A stretch of DNA of 64,000 nucleotides from Candidatus Gygaella obscura. GTDB lineage: Bacteria > Omnitrophota > Gorgyraeia > Gygaellales > Gygaellaceae. Shown here piece by piece: positions 1 through 8,897 of the stretch. The stretch is from assembly GCA_030765485.1 (NCBI GenBank), contig JAVCCR010000031.1, positions 17,359-81,358 on the forward strand, read 5' to 3'. The notes beneath the pieces are model-generated. The model worked only from the letters and a program-made list of their open reading frames with translations. It was not told the origin of the DNA and did no database searches. How positions within the stretch are numbered: position 1 is the first letter of the stretch; each line of letters starts with the position of its first letter. The position numbers and the translations under genes are program-made.

Positions 1-243
1 CTTTTAATTTCTTAAGCAGATGTTTGGTTGTTTATCATAATCCGAAAAGAAAAAATACCTTTGGTAAAAACGCTGCAGTTATAAATAGGATTTGTATGTT
101 TGAAAAAAACATTTCTCAGCACGAATTGGATTCAGGGGTAATTTCTGCTTCTTTGGCCCAAAAGGTGCGGGATGGTTTTATCAATCGTATAGATGTATAT
201 CTTTCCTAAGATTTTTCGTAAACTTCTAGTTAAATAATAGATT

Positions 244-272
244 TTGACAAAAATCACTTATTTTAATACAAT
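244..272 (+). promoter_or_regulatory. Putative sigma70-type promoter (-35 TTGACA, 17-nt spacer, -10 TACAAT) upstream of the Lrp-family gene
   Basis: Read directly: ttgaca at ~244-249, tacaat at ~267-272, about 45 nt upstream of the ATG at 318. GGAGAAAAG Shine-Dalgarno sits just before the start. Confidence 0.35.
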
Positions 273-317
273 AGAGAGTCAGTTGGTATTTTATTTATAA
301 TCCGGAAGGAGAAAAGA

Positions 318-803
318 ATGGATGAAATATTAGAAATTATGGAGAAGGATGCCCGTATAAGCCCTGAACAGATAGCAAAACTTACTAAAGGAAGCGTAAA
401 AGTTGTAAAAACAGCAATAAAAAAATACGAAAAAGATGGCGTTATCGTTCAATACAAAACTGTTATAAACAAGGAATTAGTTAAAAATAGCGATAATGAA
501 GTCAGAGCTTTGATTGAGGTTAATATTGCACCTCAGAAGGATGTTGGTTTTGATAGTATTGCAGAAAGGATTTATAAATTTCCCGAAGTAACCAGTTGTT
601 ATCTGCTTTCTGGTACATATGATTTGCTTCTTGTGGTCGAGGGGAAGAATTTGCATATGGTTTCTAATTTTGTCGCCGAAAAACTTTCTCCGATGCCGAA
701 TGTTCGAGGAACGGTTACGCATTTTCTGCTTAAAAAGTACAAGGAAGACGCGGTTATTTTAAAACATAAAGATGAGGATAAACGGATAGCTATATCTTAT
801 TAA
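318..803 (+). CDS. Lrp/AsnC family transcriptional regulator (HTH + RAM ligand-binding domain)
   Basis: 161 aa. N-terminal HTH-like 'ISPEQIAKLTKGSVKVVKTAIKKYEKDGVI'; C-terminal RAM-like 'VRALIEVNIAPQK...CYLLSGTYDLLLVV'. Size and layout typical of AsnC/Lrp. Confidence 0.8.
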   Translation: MDEILEIMEKDARISPEQIAKLTKGSVKVVKTAIKKYEKDGVIVQYKTVINKELVKNSDNEVRALIEVNIAPQKDVGFDSIAERIYKFPEVTSCYLLSGTYDLLLVVEGKNLHMVSNFVAEKLSPMPNVRGTVTHFLLKKYKEDAVILKHKDEDKRIAISY

Positions 804-814
804 AAGAGAGCAAT

Positions 815-1990
815 ATGAAGAATTTTGTATCAAAGGTAACAAAACAGCTTAAGCCTTCCGGAATCAGGGAGTTTTTTGACCTGGTTCTAGGGATGAAGGA
901 TGTGATTTCTCTTGGTGTGGGTGAACCGGATTTTGTAACACCTTGGCAGATTAGAGAAGCAGGTATTTATTCTCTGGAACAGGGTTTTACAAGTTATACC
1001 TCCAATAAAGGGCTTTATAAGCTCAGGCTCGCAATTAGCAAGCATTTATCTAAGAATTATAAGTTGGATTATTGTGCAGATGATGAAATTCTTATAACTG
1101 TGGGAGTGAGCGAGGCTTTGGATTTAGCTTTGCGCTCAATGATAAACCCGGGAGATAAGATTATTATTCCTGTACCCAGTTACGTTTCTTACGGACCGGT
1201 TACGGAATTAGCAGGTGGAAAGCCTATTTATATCGATACCACAAAGAATAATTTTAAGTTAAGCCCAAAGGATTTGCTTAGAAATATTGATAGTAAAACC
1301 AAGGCATTGATATTAAACTATCCTAATAATCCTACAGGCGTAACTTACACCAAAGAAGAGTTGATTGAATTTAATAGGATAATAAGCAAAAAAAATATCA
1401 TCTGTATAACCGATGAAGTTTATGGAGAGCTTACCTATGATTTTGAGCATGTGCCTTTTTCAACACTTAAGGGGGCAAAGAAACATACGTTATATCTAAA
1501 CGGTTTTTCTAAAAGTTATGCTATGACTGGTTGGCGCGTTGGTTATGCATGCGGGCCAAAGGATTTAATAGCGGCAATGACAAAGATTCATCAGTATACG
1601 ATTATGTGTGTTCCCAGTATATCTCAATGGGCATCTTGTGAGGCCTTACATTCTGGCAGGAAGTCTTTAGAAGTGATGAAACGCGAATATCGAAGACGAA
1701 GAGAATTTGTTTATGATGCCTTTAACAGTATAGGTCTTCCTTGTGTTAAGCCACAGGGCGCATTTTATTGTTTTGTTTCTATCAAAAGTACTGGTTTAAG
1801 TTCAGTGGAATTTTCTAAGAGGTTATTAAAACAATATAAGGTAGCAGTTGTTCCTGGAGTTGCTTTCGCAGAAAACGCAGAAGGTTATATTAGGGTATCC
1901 TATGCAGAGAATTTTGATAAACTCAAAGAGGCATTAAATAGGATTGAAGAGTTTGTAGAAAAAATAAATAATAAAAAAAAGGAAGATTGA
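815..1990 (+). CDS. Class I/II PLP-dependent aminotransferase (aspartate/aromatic aminotransferase family)
   Basis: 391 aa. Motifs 'NYPNNPTG' and 'SKSYAMTGWRVGY' (PLP-lysine region) are hallmark aminotransferase class I. Confidence 0.85.
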   Translation: MKNFVSKVTKQLKPSGIREFFDLVLGMKDVISLGVGEPDFVTPWQIREAGIYSLEQGFTSYTSNKGLYKLRLAISKHLSKNYKLDYCADDEILITVGVSEALDLALRSMINPGDKIIIPVPSYVSYGPVTELAGGKPIYIDTTKNNFKLSPKDLLRNIDSKTKALILNYPNNPTGVTYTKEELIEFNRIISKKNIICITDEVYGELTYDFEHVPFSTLKGAKKHTLYLNGFSKSYAMTGWRVGYACGPKDLIAAMTKIHQYTIMCVPSISQWASCEALHSGRKSLEVMKREYRRRREFVYDAFNSIGLPCVKPQGAFYCFVSIKSTGLSSVEFSKRLLKQYKVAVVPGVAFAENAEGYIRVSYAENFDKLKEALNRIEEFVEKINNKKKED

Positions 1991-1991
1991 T

Positions 1992-2357
1992 ATGCCGCAG
2001 AAAAATATTTTAGTAGTAGATGATGAGCTTTCAATTAGAGAGACAATGAAATCTTTATTAGAGGAGCATGGTTATTCTGTAAAGTTGGCAGATGACGGAG
2101 TTAGTGCTTTAAGTGCGATAAAAGAAGAGCTGCCTGATTTGATTATTTCCGATATAAAAATGAAAGATATGGACGGATATACATTGTTACAGGAGCTTAA
2201 AAAAAGAGATTTATCTACCAAGATTCCAGTAATCGTAGTGACCGGTTACAGCGATATGCAGGATTTGTTTAGTTTGCAGGAAGTTGCTGATTATGTCGTA
2301 AAGCCTTTTAATAACGAGGATTTACTTTTGAGAATTGCCCGTATTTTGAATAAATGA
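1992..2357 (+). CDS. Stand-alone response-regulator receiver (CheY-like REC) protein
   Basis: 121 aa. 'ILVVDDE' acidic pocket, 'ISDIKMKDMDG' phospho-acceptor Asp region, 'VKPF'. No output domain. ATGA overlap with the next gene. Confidence 0.8.
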   Translation: MPQKNILVVDDELSIRETMKSLLEEHGYSVKLADDGVSALSAIKEELPDLIISDIKMKDMDGYTLLQELKKRDLSTKIPVIVVTGYSDMQDLFSLQEVADYVVKPFNNEDLLLRIARILNK

Positions 2358-3061
2358 AAAAGAAAAAGTCCACTTCCTTTAAAAAACACATAGAAGGCCT
2401 TTCTAAAATAAGCGAAACGATAGTATCGGATTTATACCTGGAAGATATTTTAAAGCTTGTTGTTATGGTAACAGCTGAAGTTATGGATTCCAAGATTTGT
2501 TCATTACTTTTATTAGATTCTGATAAAAACGAACTGATTGTACGCGCAACACAATCGGTAAGTGAAGCATACAATAAGAAGCCGAATATAAAATTAGGTG
2601 AAGGTATTGCTGGTAAAGTTGCTTTAGAAAAAAAGCCCATAGTTGTGCTTGATGTTAGAAAAGAAGTGCTTTATAGAAATAGCGTTATTGCTAAAAAAGA
2701 AAAGCTTTGCTCTTTGTTATGTGTACCAATGTCGGTAAAGGGTAAGGTTATTGGGGTGTTGAATGTTTATACTTCAAAGAAGCATAAGTTTATCAAAGAG
2801 GAGATAGTTGTTTTAGGTGCTGTTGCAAATCAGGCGGCAATCGCAATAGAAAACGCAAGGCTTCTGATGTATTCAAAGACGATTGAACAGGAGTTGAAGG
2901 TGCGTAAACTCGTTGAGCGGGCCAAAGGAATATTAATGAAAAAACTAGGCCTTGGTGAAGAAGAGGCGTTTCGTAAAATCCAGAAACAAGCCATGAACAT
3001 GCGTAAAAGCATGCAGGAGATTGCCGAAGCGATTATTCTTAGCAAGGAAATAATATTATAG
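2354..3061 (+). CDS. GAF-ANTAR RNA-binding antitermination regulator
   Basis: 235 aa. GAF-like middle region. C-terminal ANTAR signature 'VERAKGILMKKLGLGEEEAFRKIQKQAMNMRKSMQEIAEAII'. Confidence 0.75.
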   Translation: MKKKKSTSFKKHIEGLSKISETIVSDLYLEDILKLVVMVTAEVMDSKICSLLLLDSDKNELIVRATQSVSEAYNKKPNIKLGEGIAGKVALEKKPIVVLDVRKEVLYRNSVIAKKEKLCSLLCVPMSVKGKVIGVLNVYTSKKHKFIKEEIVVLGAVANQAAIAIENARLLMYSKTIEQELKVRKLVERAKGILMKKLGLGEEEAFRKIQKQAMNMRKSMQEIAEAIILSKEIIL

Positions 3062-3070
3062 GATAAGATT

Positions 3071-4594
3071 ATGAAAAAGATAGGTTTTGATAATGAGAAG
3101 TATTTAAAAGAACAGACAAGTTCGATTATAGATAGAGTAAAAAAGTTTAACAATAAGCTTTATTTGGAGTTTGGGGGAAAGCTTTGTTATGACTATCATG
3201 CGGCAAGAGTTTTACCAGGGTATGACCCTAATGTAAAGTTGAGATTGCTACAGTCTTTAAAGGATAAGATAGATATTGTTTTGTGTGTTTATGCCTCTGA
3301 TATTGAAAATGGGAGGGTGAGAGGAGATTTTGGTATAACTTATGATGCAGCGACATTTAAGCTGATTGATGATTTGAGAGTTTGGGGCTTAGATATTTTA
3401 GCAGTTGTTATCACCCGTTATTCGGGACAACCTTCGGCAAAGATATTTAAAAATAAACTGGAGCGTCGTAATGTAAAGGTATATCTGTCTTATCCTATTG
3501 AAGGTTATCCTACGAATATTGATTCAGTTGTCAGTGAAGATGGTTTTGGAAAAAATGAATATGTGGAAACCAAAAAACCGATAGTGGTAGTTACTGCTCC
3601 TGGGCCAAACAGCGGAAAGCTTTCAACCTGTATTTCTCAGCTTTATCAGGAGCATAAAAGGGGAATTATTGCTGGATATGCTAAGTTTGAAACTTTTCCT
3701 ATATGGAATCTGCCTTTAAAGCATCCTATTAATGTTGCCTATGAGGCAGCAACTGCGGATATTCAGGATTTTAATCTTGTAGATCCGTTTCATCTTAGTG
3801 CATACCATAAAACTACGATTAATTACAATAGGGATGTGGAGAGTTTCCCTATTTTAAGAATTATGTTGAATAAAATTTACGAAAAAGACAAAAAAATTTC
3901 TTCCTATAAGTCTCCTACGGATATGGGAGTAAACAGGGCTTGTTTTGGTATTATTGATGATCAGGTAGTAAGAGCTGCTTCAAAGCAAGAGCTTATTAGA
4001 AGATATTTTCGTTATAATACAGAATATATTTTGGGAATAGAGAAAAAATCTACCGTAGAAAGAGTTGCTGCATTAATGGAAGAGTTGGCTGTAAAAATAT
4101 CTGATCGTAACGTTGTGGAGGTTGCACGTAAGGCTGCAGGAGAAGCTGAAAGTAAAGGTAAAGGAAATGAAGGAATTTTTTGCGGTGCGGCAATAGAACT
4201 TGCGAATAAGAAAATTATTTCCGGTAAAAATTCCAAGCATATGCATGCAGCATCAAGCGTGATTCTCAATTCTATTAAAGTGCTGGCTAATATTCCTGAT
4301 GAGATCCTGCTTTTATCTCCTCATGTAATAAGTCAGATTTCAAAACTTAAAGAAGGCGTTCTAAGTGGAGAATCGGAAAGCCTGGATTTAGAAGAGACTT
4401 TGATCGCTCTTTCTATAAGCGCTGCCACAAATCATGCTGTAGAGCTGGCTATGTCTAAATTAAAAGACTTAAGAGGCTGCGAAGTACATATGACCCATAT
4501 TCCTACTCCCGGCGATGAGGTTGGTTTTCAAAGGTTAGGGGTCAATTTGACTACAGACGGACAGTTTTCTTCAAGAAATCTTTTTGTAACTTAA
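3071..4594 (+). CDS. Conserved hypothetical protein, UPF0371/DUF1846-like (~500 aa)
   Basis: 507 aa. The N-terminus 'KIGFDNEKYLKEQTSSIIDRVKKFNNKLYLEFGGKLCYDYHAARVLPGYDPN' matches my recollection of the UPF0371 family. Cannot verify without a search. Confidence 0.45.
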   Translation: MKKIGFDNEKYLKEQTSSIIDRVKKFNNKLYLEFGGKLCYDYHAARVLPGYDPNVKLRLLQSLKDKIDIVLCVYASDIENGRVRGDFGITYDAATFKLIDDLRVWGLDILAVVITRYSGQPSAKIFKNKLERRNVKVYLSYPIEGYPTNIDSVVSEDGFGKNEYVETKKPIVVVTAPGPNSGKLSTCISQLYQEHKRGIIAGYAKFETFPIWNLPLKHPINVAYEAATADIQDFNLVDPFHLSAYHKTTINYNRDVESFPILRIMLNKIYEKDKKISSYKSPTDMGVNRACFGIIDDQVVRAASKQELIRRYFRYNTEYILGIEKKSTVERVAALMEELAVKISDRNVVEVARKAAGEAESKGKGNEGIFCGAAIELANKKIISGKNSKHMHAASSVILNSIKVLANIPDEILLLSPHVISQISKLKEGVLSGESESLDLEETLIALSISAATNHAVELAMSKLKDLRGCEVHMTHIPTPGDEVGFQRLGVNLTTDGQFSSRNLFVT

Positions 4595-4599
4595 ACAAT

Positions 4600-5985
4600 A
4601 TGGTTAAAGAATCCTGCGGGGTGTTTGGAGTTTATGGCGATAGAAACGCTTCTTTATTGACCTATTTAGGGCTTTACGCTCTTCAGCATAGAGGTCAGGA
4701 AAGCGCTGGTATTGTTGTAAGTGATAATGGTAACGTTTCTTTTCACAGGGGGTTGGGTTTAGTCAATGATGTTTTTAGTGAAGAGAAACTCAAAAAACTT
4801 AAAGGTGATATTGCTGTTGGACACGTACGTTATTCTACGACAGGTTCATCGTGTGTTAGAAATATTCAACCTTTTCTGGTAGAGCTTAAGACCTCTACTA
4901 TTGCTTTAGGTCATAACGGCAATCTTATCAACGCAGTGCAGTTGCATGATTTTTTAGAGAAAAAAGGCGTGATATTTCAATCTACTACAGATAGCGAGAT
5001 AATAGTTCATTTGATTACTCATGCTCAAGAGGAATTTTTAGAAAATAAAGTTATTTCCAGTATAAAAAAATTAAAGGGTGCTTTTTCGTTGGTGTTTATG
5101 ATGCAAGATGTTTTAATTGGTGCACGCGACCCTTTTGGTTTTAGACCGTTATGTCTGGGCAGATTGGGTAAATCTTTTATTTTGGCATCAGAGACTAGCG
5201 CATTGGATTTGATAAATGCAAAATACATCAGGGATATAAAGCCAGGGGAAGTGGTTTTTATCAGTAAGAAAGGTATAAAAAGCGTAATTGCTTCAGCAGT
5301 CAAAAGACAATCATTCTGTATGTTTGAATATATTTATTTTGCCAGACCAGATAGCAATATTTTCGGCCACAATGTTTATAAGGTGAGAAAGTCTCTTGGA
5401 GAGCAGCTGGCTGAAGAAGTTAATATCGATGCGGATTTAGTTGTGCCTATTCCGGATTCAGGTAATTATGCAGCTTTAGGTTTTGCTCAAAAAAAGAACA
5501 TTGTCTATGAACCCGCAGTAATACGCAATCATTATATCGGGAGAACTTTTATTGAACCCAGCCAGAGAATGAGGGATTTAAAGGTAAAATTAAAGCTTAA
5601 TCCGGCTAAAGAGGTCATAAAAGGAAAAAAAATCATAATTGTTGAAGATTCTATTGTAAGAGGTACAACTACTAAGGCCAGGATTGTGGCTTTACGCGAA
5701 GCAGGTGCAAAAAAGATTCATATGCTGGTTAGCTGTCCACCGATTAGATACCCTTGTTTTTATGGAATTGATTTTCCTACTAAAAAAGAATTGATCGCTT
5801 CTTCAAAATCAATTGAGGAGATAAGAAGGTTCTTAGGACTTGATTCTCTGCATTATTTAACCTTTAAGGGATTGCTCAGGGTAATGCACAGGCAAAAGAA
5901 CCAGTTATGTTTTGCTTGTTTTAATGGCAGGTATCCCGAGGCAGTCAATAAAAAGATATCAAAAACCAGTTTAGAGACAAGGTAG
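4600..5985 (+). CDS. purF: Amidophosphoribosyltransferase (glutamine-PRPP amidotransferase), Fe-S type with propeptide
   Basis: 461 aa. 'ESCGVFGVYG' (Ntn Cys after a short propeptide, B. subtilis-like). PRTase motif 'IIIVEDSIVRGTT'. C-terminal Cys cluster 'CFACFNGRYP'. Confidence 0.9.
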   Translation: MVKESCGVFGVYGDRNASLLTYLGLYALQHRGQESAGIVVSDNGNVSFHRGLGLVNDVFSEEKLKKLKGDIAVGHVRYSTTGSSCVRNIQPFLVELKTSTIALGHNGNLINAVQLHDFLEKKGVIFQSTTDSEIIVHLITHAQEEFLENKVISSIKKLKGAFSLVFMMQDVLIGARDPFGFRPLCLGRLGKSFILASETSALDLINAKYIRDIKPGEVVFISKKGIKSVIASAVKRQSFCMFEYIYFARPDSNIFGHNVYKVRKSLGEQLAEEVNIDADLVVPIPDSGNYAALGFAQKKNIVYEPAVIRNHYIGRTFIEPSQRMRDLKVKLKLNPAKEVIKGKKIIIVEDSIVRGTTTKARIVALREAGAKKIHMLVSCPPIRYPCFYGIDFPTKKELIASSKSIEEIRRFLGLDSLHYLTFKGLLRVMHRQKNQLCFACFNGRYPEAVNKKISKTSLETR

Positions 5986-5991
5986 GTATTT

Positions 5992-6321
5992 ATGAATAAA
6001 ATAGTTATAACTTTACAGTCAGCTTATTTGGTTCTTAAGCAGAATCTTCTTGATTTTCATTTTACAAGCAATAATCCCTGGTTATGGATTTGCGGAGGGA
6101 CAATTATTTTCTGGATGGTAAAACACTGGAATCTAAAGAAGATTATTTGGTTTATTATCAGCATGGGAACACTTTTTTTCTTAAAAGGCGTAGTTTATGA
6201 TTATATAGGTAAACTTATGCCCGGTGCAGGTAATAACTATGGTGATATGATTATAGGAATTGTTTTTTCTATTCTTGTGGTGATTGTATTGATATACTTT
6301 TTATTTATTAGGCAGGATTAG
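5992..6321 (+). CDS. Hypothetical small integral membrane protein
   Basis: 109 aa, three hydrophobic segments, no recognisable motif. Confidence 0.4.
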   Translation: MNKIVITLQSAYLVLKQNLLDFHFTSNNPWLWICGGTIIFWMVKHWNLKKIIWFIISMGTLFFLKGVVYDYIGKLMPGAGNNYGDMIIGIVFSILVVIVLIYFLFIRQD

Positions 6322-6341
6322 TTTATAATAAGGAGAGACAG

Positions 6342-6791
6342 ATGAGTTTAGAAAATGAAATATTAGAAGATTACAAAGCGGCATTAAAGAATAAAGATAA
6401 ATTAAAAGTTTTGGTGTTGAGTTTGTTGCGAGCGGAACTAAAAAACTATATTATCCAGACGCAGAATAAACAATTATCCGATGATGATGTAATAAAAATC
6501 ATTAAAAAACATACCGCAAGAAATCAAGATTCTATAAAGCAGTTTGAATCCGGCAATAGAGCTGATTTAGCCGAAAAAGAAAAGCAGGAATACCTTATTT
6601 TAAAAGCATATCTTCCTGAAGAGCTAAGTGAAGAAAAGGTTAGGCAGGTAATTGATTCAGCGATTACAGAGCTTAAAGCACAGGATATAAAGTCAATGGG
6701 TGCTGTGATGAAAGAGGTTTTATCAAAAATAGGCTCTCAGGCTGATGGTAAGTTGATAAGTGCTATTGTAAAAGCAAGACTCTCTCCGTAA
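6342..6791 (+). CDS. GatB/YqeY domain-containing protein
   Basis: 149 aa. N-terminal 'LEDYKAALKNKDKLKVLVLSLLRAELKN' resembles the YqeY family. Confidence 0.7.
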   Translation: MSLENEILEDYKAALKNKDKLKVLVLSLLRAELKNYIIQTQNKQLSDDDVIKIIKKHTARNQDSIKQFESGNRADLAEKEKQEYLILKAYLPEELSEEKVRQVIDSAITELKAQDIKSMGAVMKEVLSKIGSQADGKLISAIVKARLSP

Positions 6792-6801
6792 AACCAAATT
6801 T

Positions 6802-7944
6802 CTAAGAACAGATGAAGTTATTGATTATGGATGCGGCTCGTTGTGTAGCTCCGTTTTCTCCCAAGATTTTTTTTACCTGAATGAGTCTTTCTTTTATATA
6901 ATTGATTTTTTCAGGGTTATTTAATACTAGATTCATGTCATAAGCTATTCTTCGCGCCTGGGCGTCAAACTGGATGTATTCAGGGATTATTTTTTGTCCG
7001 GCTACAACATTGACCAGTCCGATATAATCTATTTTTATTAGCATTTTAGCAATAAGCCAGGTTAAGAAATTAACTTTATAAATGATAAACATAGGTTTAT
7101 TTAAGATTGCAGTTTCTAATGTTGCTGTTCCTGAGGCAACTAGGCAGAAGTCACTGGCACCTATTCCATTATAGGTATCGTTTTCAATTATTAATATTTT
7201 TAACGTTAATCGAGATGTTATTTCTTTAAACAGACCAATATTTAATTCCGCTGGTTTTAGAATGACGAATTGAGCGCTTCTGTTTTTTTTGGAGAATAAA
7301 AGGCAGCTTTTTAGCATTACAGAAAGATTTTTTTTGATTTCGTTTTTCCGGGAACCAGGTAATAATGCAATTAGTTTCTTATCCGAATCCAGATCGTATC
7401 TTTTTATAAATTCGTTTTTGTCTTTTGTGATATTTACCCAGTCTAAAAGAGGATGGCCGACAAAATCTACATCTACAGCCTCGTTTTTATATAGTGATTC
7501 TTCAAATTTAAAGAATACGACCATTTTGTCAACAACCTGTTTAATTAAACTTATTCTATTTTTATTCCAGGCCCATATCTGTGGGCTGATGTAGTAGACA
7601 ATTTTAATATTTTTATTTTTTTCCTTGATTTTTTTGGCAAGCCTTAAATTAAAACCAGGATAATCTACAAGTATAATTGCTTCAGGTTGTTTTTTTTCAA
7701 TATGAGTGAGTAGCTCTTCAAATATAGCTTTAATTTTTTTATAGTTTTTTAAAACCTCAAAGAAACCAACTACGGCCAGTTCGCTTAAGTTATGTAGGAT
7801 TTTTACTCCTTCTTTTTGCATCTGGTAACCGCCGAGACCGCTAAAGATTAATTCCGGGTTTGTATTCTTTAATTTTCTTACAAGATTAGCTGCGTGGGAG
7901 TCTCCGGAAGGTTCTCCGGCAACAATAACAATATTTTTATACAT
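6802..7944 (-). CDS. lpxB: Lipid-A-disaccharide synthase
   Basis: 380 aa. N-terminal 'IVIVAGEPSGDSHAANLVRKLK' matches the LpxB signature (AGExSGD). GT-B size. Confidence 0.85.
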   Translation of the reverse strand: MYKNIVIVAGEPSGDSHAANLVRKLKNTNPELIFSGLGGYQMQKEGVKILHNLSELAVVGFFEVLKNYKKIKAIFEELLTHIEKKQPEAIILVDYPGFNLRLAKKIKEKNKNIKIVYYISPQIWAWNKNRISLIKQVVDKMVVFFKFEESLYKNEAVDVDFVGHPLLDWVNITKDKNEFIKRYDLDSDKKLIALLPGSRKNEIKKNLSVMLKSCLLFSKKNRSAQFVILKPAELNIGLFKEITSRLTLKILIIENDTYNGIGASDFCLVASGTATLETAILNKPMFIIYKVNFLTWLIAKMLIKIDYIGLVNVVAGQKIIPEYIQFDAQARRIAYDMNLVLNNPEKINYIKERLIQVKKILGENGATQRAASIINNFICS

Positions 7945-8854
7945 TGATTTTTTTTATGATTCTTAAAGCAACGCAAAGCGCATCCCTGGCTTCAGTTCCT
8001 GAGACTATGGGTTTTTTCTTGGATTTTACGCATTCCAGGAATGAACAAAGCTCTTTCTTGAGGGGTTGTTCTTTTTCAATCGGTATAGCAGTTTTGCTGA
8101 TACCAGCCGCTGTTTTTTTATAAATGAAGGCTTCTTGTTTAAAATAATCCATGGAGATGTATTTATTAGAAAGGAAAATTCGAATTTTCCTCATATATTC
8201 ATCGGATATCCGGCTGGCAGTTAAGTTTACGCTGCATTTGTTTGAAAAAGTTAATCTTACATTGGCGATGTCTTCAAATTGCGTTAATACTTTTACTCCA
8301 ACGGCATCTATGTGTTTTATTTTGGATTTTACCAATCCTAGAACAATATCGATATCATGAATCATGATGTCTAAGACAGCGCCAACATCAAGGGATCTTC
8401 CTGGAAACGGGCTTAAGCGATGGCATTCGATAAACTTTGGGTTCTTGATATTTTTCTCAATGCTTTGATAAGCACAGTTAAAACGTTCTATATGCCCGAC
8501 TTGTAAAATAACTTTATGTTTTTTTGCTAGCTTAATCAGGTTGTCAGCCTGTTTAAGGTTGATAGCTATGGGTTTTTCTACCAGGCAATGAATTTTATTC
8601 TCCAGAAAATATTTAGCTATTTTGTAGTGTAAATATGTTGGTACGCATATGCTTACTGCTTTTAGGGTTTTTAAGGGGATTTTTTTGTAATCAGTATAAA
8701 AATTTCTTTTTAAGTCTTTAGAGAGATTATTTATTGTTTTAGGGTTATTATCACAAGTAGCTATGATACTTACAGTTTTGATTCTGTTATAATTTTCAAC
8801 ATGTTTTGAACCTAATTTTCCCAGTCCTATGATTGCAATATTTGTTTTTTTCAT
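7937..8854 (-). CDS. Gfo/Idh/MocA-family NAD(P)-dependent oxidoreductase adjacent to lpxB (possibly GnnA-like UDP-GlcNAc 3-dehydrogenase)
   Basis: 305 aa. Rossmann N-terminus 'NIAIIGLGKLGSKHVENY'; 'EKP' motif in 'LVEKPIAINL'. Overlaps lpxB by 8 nt on the same strand. Confidence 0.75.
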   Translation of the reverse strand: MKKTNIAIIGLGKLGSKHVENYNRIKTVSIIATCDNNPKTINNLSKDLKRNFYTDYKKIPLKTLKAVSICVPTYLHYKIAKYFLENKIHCLVEKPIAINLKQADNLIKLAKKHKVILQVGHIERFNCAYQSIEKNIKNPKFIECHRLSPFPGRSLDVGAVLDIMIHDIDIVLGLVKSKIKHIDAVGVKVLTQFEDIANVRLTFSNKCSVNLTASRISDEYMRKIRIFLSNKYISMDYFKQEAFIYKKTAAGISKTAIPIEKEQPLKKELCSFLECVKSKKKPIVSGTEARDALCVALRIIKKINV

Positions 8855-8897
8855 ATAGCTGTCATCATAGCAAAGCGCTTGATAAAAGTCAATAATT

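Noticed and set aside
24-209. 61-aa ORF at the window start
   Set aside because: No recognisable motif, no SD, and it lies in the promoter region of the Lrp gene. May be the tail of a partial upstream gene in another frame, but nothing supports calling it.
477-722. Numerous 60-110-aa antisense ORFs inside confident genes (e.g. 477-722, 2308-2640, 2830-3153, 4012-4269, 5025-5303, 9410-9649, 11604-11894, 15572-15859, 16156-16845, 23655-23954, 24597-25155, 29683-30522, 31666-32169, 43212-43547, 45787-46095, 50106-50482, 52807-53085)
   Set aside because: They are fully embedded in, and antisense or out of frame to, well-supported genes in an AT-rich genome where long random ORFs are expected. 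No RBS or motif support.
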